In this document: one piece after another, positions 58,156-64,000 of the stretch | How the letters are laid out: each line of letters opens with the position of its first letter | How positions within the stretch are numbered: position 1 is the stretch's first letter | Assembly (NCBI GenBank): GCA_963716025.1 | Contig: CAVQSY010000071.1 | Span: 16,643 to 80,642, forward strand | Source of the DNA: an uncultured Chloroflexia bacterium | GTDB taxonomy: Bacteria > Chloroflexota > Limnocylindria > Limnocylindrales > CSP1-4 | DNA length: 64,000 bases | Direction: 5' to 3' | The notes under the pieces: model-generated | Databases searched by the model: none | Seen by the model: only the letters and a program-made list of their open reading frames with translations | What the model was told of the DNA's origin: nothing | Translations under genes and position numbers: made by a program

Positions 58156-60539
58156 GCATCCTCACGCGGGCCCTCTGGCGGGACATCGGGCGCCGGCCAG
58201 GGCAGGTCTTCTCCGTGGTCGTGGTCATCGCCCTCGGGGTGGCGCTGTTCGCGGCGTCGTACGACGCCTTCCTCAACCTGACCGCCTCGTACGAGAAGGT
58301 CTACCGCGACCAGCGGCTGGCGAACGTCACGGCCATCGGCGGCCCGACGGCCGAGATCGCCGCCGCGGGGGCGGCCATCCCGGGCGTCGAGGCAGTGGCG
58401 ACCAGGACCGTGGCCGACGTCCCCCTCGAGCCCCGCGCCGGCCACGTGCTCCTCGGGCGCGTCGTCGGCATGCCACCCGACGGGCGGGCGGACGTCAACG
58501 GGGTCATCATCCTCGAGGGGCAGACGCTCGACCCGGCGCGCCCCGATGCCGTGCTCGTCGAGCGCCACATGGCGAGCCACTTCGACCTGGGGCCCGGGAC
58601 GACGATCCGGGTTTCGACGCCGTCGGGATGGCGCACGCTCGACGTCATCGGGATCGCGGCATCGCCCGAGTACATCTGGGCCGCCCGGAGTCGGCAGGAA
58701 CCGCTGGTCCTCCCGGACGACTTCGGTGTCGTCTTCGCGCCCGAGACGCTCGTCGAGGGCCTGGCGCCCGACGCACTCCGGCGCGAGGCCCTGTTCCGAC
58801 TCGCGGACGCTGCCCCGCCGGGAGCCATGGGGGATCTCCAGGCCGCTGTCCGGCAGGCCGGCGCGGCCGATCTCTTCACCATCGACGAGCAGCCCTCCAA
58901 CGCCGCCCTCCAGGAGGACGTGTCAGCCTTCGCCGAGCTGTCCATCATGTTCCCGGCCCTCTTCCTCCTCGCGGCCGCGTTTGCGACCTACGTGATGCTG
59001 GGCCGGATGGTGGCGGCGCAGCAGGCGCACATCGGGACCCTGCGCGCATCCGGCTTCACGGGGCGCTCCATCCTGGTCCGCTACGTGGCGATCGGCGTGA
59101 TCATCGGTTCGGTCGGGTCGCTCGTGGGGGTCATCGGAGGCGCGTTGCTCGCGGAGGTCGTGACGCGCCTCTACACCGGGATGCTGGGCATCCCGGCCGA
59201 CGTGGTCGAGGTCCGGCCCGCGACCATCGGCGTGGGGTTGCTGACCGGGATCCTGACGGGGATCCTGGCGGCCGCCCTGCCGGCGCGGCAGGCCAGCCGG
59301 ATCAACCCGGCCGCCGCCATGCGCGGCCCGATGCCGCCCGGAGTCGGGGGCCGCAGCCTTCTCGAACGGGTCATCCCGCCCCTCGGCCGGCTGCCCGTCC
59401 GCTGGCTGGCGGCCATCCGCGGCCTGGGCCGTGCCCGCCGGCGCAGCGCGGCCACCGTCGTCGGGGTCGTGCTGGCCACGATGCTCGTGCTCGTCTCGTG
59501 GGGCATGGTCGACACGGTGCAGATCCTCCTCGACCAGCAGTTCGTCCGGATCCAGCGCAACGACGCGGTCGTGTACGTGGCCGGTCGCCCGGCGTCCCAG
59601 GTGCGGAACGACGTCCTTGCCCTCGACGGCGTCGCCGCCGCCGAGGAGGCGCTCAGCGTTCCGGTCTCGCTCGGGACGGCCGCCGGAAGCTACACGACGA
59701 CGCTGACCGCGCTCCAGCCTGGAACGCAGATGCACGAGCTCGTGGGCAGCGACGGCTCGAGCCTGCCCGTTCCGGACGACGGGCTCGTCGTCGGCTCGGC
59801 GCTGCGGGACCTGCTGGGCGTCTCGGCGGGAGACGCGGTCGACGTCGATGTCACGGGGCTCGGCACGATCGCCGGCGTCCCCGTGGTCGGCTTCGTCGAC
59901 GAGCCGCTTGGGACCTACGCCTACACGTCACTGGCGTATGCGGCCGAGGTGCTCGCGGGCCGGGTGGGTGGCCTCGTGCCCGCGGGGGCCGACCTCGCCA
60001 ACACGGTCTTCGTGGCCTTCGCTCCGGGCGCGGACCGGGCTGCGATGCGGACGAGCCTCAGCATGGTTGCCGGGGTCGAAGCCTACGTCGACGCCCGCGG
60101 CCTGTACCAGCTGTCACAGGAGTACATGGGCCTGTTCTACGCGTTCATCGGCGTCATGATCGTCCTCGGCGGCCTCCTGGCCTTCGCGCTCATCTACAAC
60201 ACGATGTCCGCGAACGTGACCGAGCGGGCCGCCGAGCTGGCCGTGCTGCGCACCCTCGGACTGTCCCGGCGGTCCATCGGCAGCCTCGTGACCGGCCAGA
60301 ACATGCTCCTCACGGCCATCGGCCTCGTCCCCGGGCTCGCGGCGGGCTGGTTGATGGCGGCCGTCTTCATGGCCTCCTTCAGCTCCGACATGTTCACCTT
60401 CGACCTCCGCGTGCGCCCGACGACGTTCCTCTTCACGGCCGTCGCGATCCTGACCGTCGGCATGCTCTCGCAGTACCCGGCCCTGCGGTCCGTTGGCCAC
60501 CTCGACCTGGGCCGGATCGTCCGCGACCGCTCGTTCTGA
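58149..60539 (+). CDS. ABC transporter permease (duplicated FtsX/MacB-like)
   Basis: Two FtsX-type halves: [13 protein letters not shown] and [15 protein letters not shown], with large extracellular domains. Confidence 0.88.
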
Positions 60540-60618
60540 CGGCGGCGTCGCTGCCGTCCCCCTGCCTCTTGGCGTAGAATGCGGCCCGGCAGCGTGCTCG
60601 AAGCGAGCACCAACCGAT

Positions 60619-60695
60619 GGGCGGTTAGCTCAGTTGGTTAGAGCGCATGCTTGACATGCATGAGGTCAGAGGTTCAAGTCCTCTACCGCCCACCA
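60619..60695 (+). tRNA. tRNA-Val (anticodon GAC)
   Basis: GGGCGGT/ACCGCCC plus A-CCA, D-arm GCTC...GAGC, anticodon arm CATGC-TTGACAT-GCATG, T-loop TTCAAGT. TAGAAT at 60575-60580. Confidence 0.96.
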
Positions 60696-60703
60696 GATCC
60701 TGA

Positions 60704-60947
60704 ACGCGTCGACCGGGACGCGCTGCGCCGGCAGACCGGAGCACCAGAGAGCAGCGGGCATCGGCTGAGACCCGCGGCGGCGACGGACGGCGCAGCACCA
60801 CCCGCGAGCGGCCGGCGAACCGGCCCGGGATCCGCCCGTTAGCGCGGCCACGAGAGCGCTCCGCCGGCAGATGCCGGGCCGCGGGCGAAGGCGGGTGGAA
60901 CCGCGGGAGGCCAGACCTCTCGTCCTGTCGGGCGAGAGGTCTTGTCG
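60704..60947 (+). promoter_or_regulatory. T-box riboswitch (Thr specifier ACC) upstream of thrS
   Basis: Stem I AG-bulge AGAGA (60746), apical GGCTGAGA (60763-60770), specifier ACC (60797-60799), CCGTTA box, T-box AAGGCGGGTGGAACCGCG (60888-60905), terminator hairpin AGACCTCTCGTCC/GGGCGAGAGGTCT. Confidence 0.88.
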
Positions 60948-60966
60948 TATCTGGGGAGCGAACACC

Positions 60967-62817
60967 ATGGTCGACGATCAGCAGCAGCACCCGCTACCGG
61001 TCCCGGAGGACGAAGCGGTGCTCGAGGCACCCGCACGGGGCTCCGCAGAGGAGATGCTGGATGCGGGCGCGCACGACCCGATCGACGCGATGCGCCACTC
61101 CGCGGCGCACGTCATGGCGGAGGCGGTCCTCGACCTCTTCCCCGGCGCGCGGCTCGGGATCGGGCCCGCAATCGCGGACGGCTTCTACTACGACTTCGAG
61201 CTGCCCCGCCCCCTCACGCCCGACGATCTCGCCGCCGTCGAGGGACGGATGCGGGAGACGGTCGCCGCTGGCCATTCGTTTGTGCGACGCGAGCTACCGT
61301 TCGCCGAGGCGCACGCGCTGGTGAAGGCCCAGGACCAGCCCTACAAGGTCGAGATCCTCGACGACCTCGCGGCCCGGGCGGCCGCAGCCGGGGATCCGCC
61401 GCCGGCCGCAAGCTTCTATGAGCACGGGGCGTTCTCCGATCTCTGCAAGGGCCCGCACGTGGAGACGACGGCCGACATCGGGCCGTTCAGGCTCCTGTCG
61501 GTGGCGGGTGCGTACTGGCGTGGCGACGAGAAGCGCCCGATGCTGCAGCGGATCTACGGCACGGTCTGGGAGGACCAGGCACAGCTCGACCAGTTCCTGT
61601 GGCGGCGCGAGGAGGCGAAGAAGCGCGACCACCGGCGCCTGGGTGTCCAGCTCGACCTCTTCAGCTTCCACGACGTGAGCCCGGGTGCCGCCTTCTGGCA
61701 CCCCAAGGGCTGGCGCCTCTACCAGATTCTCCTGGGCGCGATGCGCGAGCTCCAGGAGCGCCGCGGCTACGACGAGATCAGCACCCCGCCGCTCGTTCAC
61801 CAGAAGCTGTGGGAGCAGTCCGGCCACTGGGCCCACTACCGCGACAACATGTTCCTCGTGCAGGCGGAGGAGCAGACCTTCAGCCTCAAGCCGATGAACT
61901 GCCCGGAGTCGTCGTTCATCTACCGCAGCCGGCTCCGCTCGTACCGAGACCTGCCCCTGCGCGTCGCGGAGTACGGCGTGCTCCATCGGTACGAGCTGTC
62001 CGGCGTCCTCTCGGGCCTCACCCGGGTCCGGAACTTCGTGACCGACGACGCCCACATCTTCGTCCGGCCCGACCAGATCGGGGCCGAGATCGAGGGCCTC
62101 ATGGGAGAGGTCCGGGAAGCCTATTCGTGGTTCGGCCTGGAGCCCAGGCTCACCTTCGGCACGCGGCCCGACAACGCCCTGGGGGACGTGGCGACGTGGG
62201 AGGAGACCGAGGCCGTGATGCTCGCGGAGCTCGAGCGCTCCGGCCTCGAGTTCCGGGTGAAGCCGAAGGACGGGGCGTTCTACGCGCCGAAGATCGACAT
62301 CCAGATCACGGACGCGCTGGGGCGCGAATGGCAGACCGCCACGATCCAGGTCGACCGGGTCATGCTCCCGGAGCGGTTCGACCTGTGGTACGTCGACGAC
62401 ACCGGGCAGCAGCAGCGCCCCGTGGCGATCCATCGGGCCATCTACGGCTCCCTGGAGCGCTTCATCGGCGTCCTCACCGAGCACTTCGCCGGGGCATTTC
62501 CGCTGTGGTGCGCACCGGTGCAGGCGGTCGTGATCCCGATCGCCGACCGCCACGTGGAGCCGGCTCGCGAGCTGGCCGCCGTCCTGCGGGGGTCCCGTCT
62601 CCGGGTGGAGGTCGATGCCTCCGACGGCCGCATGCAGAACAAGATCCGCCTGGCGCAGGAGCAGAAAGTGCCGTACATGCTCGTGCTCGGAGATCGCGAG
62701 GTCGAGGCGCGGACGGCCGCGCCTCGAACGCGGGCGGGCGAGCAGCTCCCCGCGGAGGGCTGGGAGGAGCTGGCGACGCGGCTCGCGGAGGAGGCTGCCG
62801 CCCGGCGCCCGGGATGA
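60967..62817 (+). CDS. thrS: Threonyl-tRNA synthetase
   Basis: RHSAAHVMAEAV, DLCKGPHV, RDHRRLG, LKPMNCP, GLTRVR-F-TDDAH, GAFYAPKID, HRAIYGSLERF. SD GGGGAG. Confidence 0.97.
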   Translation: MVDDQQQHPLPVPEDEAVLEAPARGSAEEMLDAGAHDPIDAMRHSAAHVMAEAVLDLFPGARLGIGPAIADGFYYDFELPRPLTPDDLAAVEGRMRETVAAGHSFVRRELPFAEAHALVKAQDQPYKVEILDDLAARAAAAGDPPPAASFYEHGAFSDLCKGPHVETTADIGPFRLLSVAGAYWRGDEKRPMLQRIYGTVWEDQAQLDQFLWRREEAKKRDHRRLGVQLDLFSFHDVSPGAAFWHPKGWRLYQILLGAMRELQERRGYDEISTPPLVHQKLWEQSGHWAHYRDNMFLVQAEEQTFSLKPMNCPESSFIYRSRLRSYRDLPLRVAEYGVLHRYELSGVLSGLTRVRNFVTDDAHIFVRPDQIGAEIEGLMGEVREAYSWFGLEPRLTFGTRPDNALGDVATWEETEAVMLAELERSGLEFRVKPKDGAFYAPKIDIQITDALGREWQTATIQVDRVMLPERFDLWYVDDTGQQQRPVAIHRAIYGSLERFIGVLTEHFAGAFPLWCAPVQAVVIPIADRHVEPARELAAVLRGSRLRVEVDASDGRMQNKIRLAQEQKVPYMLVLGDREVEARTAAPRTRAGEQLPAEGWEELATRLAEEAAARRPG

Positions 62818-62968
62818 CGAGCCCGGGAGCCCCCCGTCGGCGGGCCGTCACCGTCCTCGGGCGAGGTGATTGTGCTATCCTCCGCCGGCGAACCGCGTCC
62901 GGCTCGCGCGTGCACCGGCACGCCGTCCGCGGACGCTCGAAGACCTCGAAAGCGCGAAGGGGCCGACC

Positions 62969-63610
62969 ATAAGCCGAGAGCTGCGTGTCAACCAGATGAT
63001 CCGGATCGCACAGGTTCGGGTGATCGACGAGGATGGGAACCAGATGGGCGTCATGCCCACACCGGATGCCCTCCGGATGGCACAGGAGCGCGGCTACGAC
63101 CTCGTCGAGGTGGCGCCGACGGCCTCGCCGCCCGTGACCCGACTGCTCGACTACGGCCAGTACAAGTACGAGCTGGCGAAGCGCGAGAAGGAAGCGAAAC
63201 GGAAGTCCCGGTCCGTCGAGTTCAAGGAGATCCGCCTGAAGCCGAAGATCGGCCAGGGCGACTTCGACACGAAGGTGCGCCGGGCGATCGAGTTCCTCGA
63301 GGAGGGCGACCGCATCAAGGTCGCCGTCCAGTTCCGCGGCCGGGAGCTGACTCACCCGCACCTGGGGCGTGAGCTGCTCGGCAAGTTCGCAGACCTGATC
63401 AAGGACCATGGGGTCCTCGAGCGAGCGCCGCTCCTCGAGGGCAAGTCGATGCACATCACGATCGCGTCGACCCACAAGCCGAAGCCGCGTGAGGCCGGGG
63501 CAGGGGAGAGATCCCCGGCCGAGGCGTCCGAGGCGGACGAGGCCGAGGGTGCCGCTCCGGCGGTCGCGGTCGACGCGGCGGGCCCAGTGCCCGCGACGAC
63601 GGGAGAGTGA
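62969..63610 (+). CDS. infC: Translation initiation factor IF-3 (non-canonical ATA start)
   Basis: ISRELRVNQMIRIAQVRVID, DLVEVAP-A-PPV, DYGQYKYE, KEIRLKPKI, FRGRE. AAGGGG SD 6 nt before ATA. Confidence 0.94.
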   Translation: MSRELRVNQMIRIAQVRVIDEDGNQMGVMPTPDALRMAQERGYDLVEVAPTASPPVTRLLDYGQYKYELAKREKEAKRKSRSVEFKEIRLKPKIGQGDFDTKVRRAIEFLEEGDRIKVAVQFRGRELTHPHLGRELLGKFADLIKDHGVLERAPLLEGKSMHITIASTHKPKPREAGAGERSPAEASEADEAEGAAPAVAVDAAGPVPATTGE

Positions 63611-63617
63611 GGCCGGC

Positions 63618-63824
63618 GTGCCGAAGATGAAGTCCCACAAGGGCAGCCAGAAGCGAATCGGGATCACCGGGAGCGGGAAGCCGATCCGGGTCAAGTCCTG
63701 GCGGGGCCACCACCTCGAGCTCAAGTCGTCGCGGCGGACGCGGCGCTACGCCGGCAAGGCGATCATCGGCCGCGTGCACGCCGAACAGGTGGCGCGGCTG
63801 CTGCCGTACCTGAAGAAGGGCTGA
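63618..63824 (+). CDS. rpmI: 50S ribosomal protein L35
   Basis: MPKMKSHKGSQKRIGITGSGK...HHLELKSSRRTRR...LLPY. Confidence 0.94.
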   Translation: MPKMKSHKGSQKRIGITGSGKPIRVKSWRGHHLELKSSRRTRRYAGKAIIGRVHAEQVARLLPYLKKG

Positions 63825-63828
63825 CTCG

Positions 63829-64000
63829 ATGGCACGCGTCAAGCGGGGCGTCACGTCCCACCGCCGCCACAAGCGGCTCCTCAACGCGGCCGAGGGTCGC
63901 AAGGGCACGCGAAGCCGGCTGGTCAAGCCCGCGCGCGAGGCCCTTCTCCATGCCCTCGCCTACGCCACTCGCGACCGCAAGGTGCGCAAGCGCGAGATGC
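63829..64000 (+). CDS. rplT: 50S ribosomal protein L20 (partial)
   Basis: MARVKRGVTSHRRHKRLL-AAEG...ALAYATRDRKVRKREM; canonical infC-rpmI-rplT order. Confidence 0.95.
   Translation, partial: MARVKRGVTSHRRHKRLLNAAEGRKGTRSRLVKPAREALLHALAYATRDRKVRKREM

Noticed and set aside
60967-61100. ThrRS lacking the N-terminal TGS domain as a novelty
   Set aside because: TGS-less bacterial ThrRS that keeps the editing domain is a known, widespread form.
62882-62956. L20 leader RNA upstream of infC
   Set aside because: The position fits, but I could not identify the conserved structure by eye; it needs an Rfam scan.

Overview
This is a very GC-rich bacterial chromosome segment, most likely Chloroflexota (Limnocylindria-like). 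That placement is inferred from gene content, a T-box and many leaderless genes. At least nine otherwise intact genes carry single-base frameshifts, which points to an unpolished long-read assembly. Left to right: (1) a partial conserved hypothetical gene; (2) an operon of amidinotransferase, ornithine carbamoyltransferase and a COG2403/ArcE-like arginine synthetase, converging on a sodium:solute symporter whose leader holds a decayed piece of a second amidinotransferase; (3) DUF4332, DUF1461, moaC and mog; (4) a FadF/EtfD-like Fe-S membrane oxidoreductase with etfBA; (5) nrdR-dcd-MBL behind tandem NrdR boxes; (6) an S8 protease and a tlpA/ccdA/glutaredoxin operon; (7) tRNA-Arg(CCT) followed by about 22 kb of accessory genes: GNAT, phosphotransferase, TetR plus an MMPL-YhgE/Pip fusion, a Mo aldehyde oxidoreductase, an eCIS-effector-like metalloprotease with a partner gene, glgE/glgM/maltokinase, HsmA, LLM, S8 and CBS-BON; (8) two methyltransferases and an SBP-peptidase MA-DUF881x2-DUF951-MFS-asparaginase block; (9) a TetR-ABC exporter; (10) tRNA-Val(GAC), a Thr T-box, and thrS-infC-rpmI-rplT. 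The best candidate for an undescribed system is an ATP-conserving ornithine/arginine 'amidino cycle' for guanidino compounds at 1.5-8.8 kb. No CRISPR array, integrase or transposase is evident.
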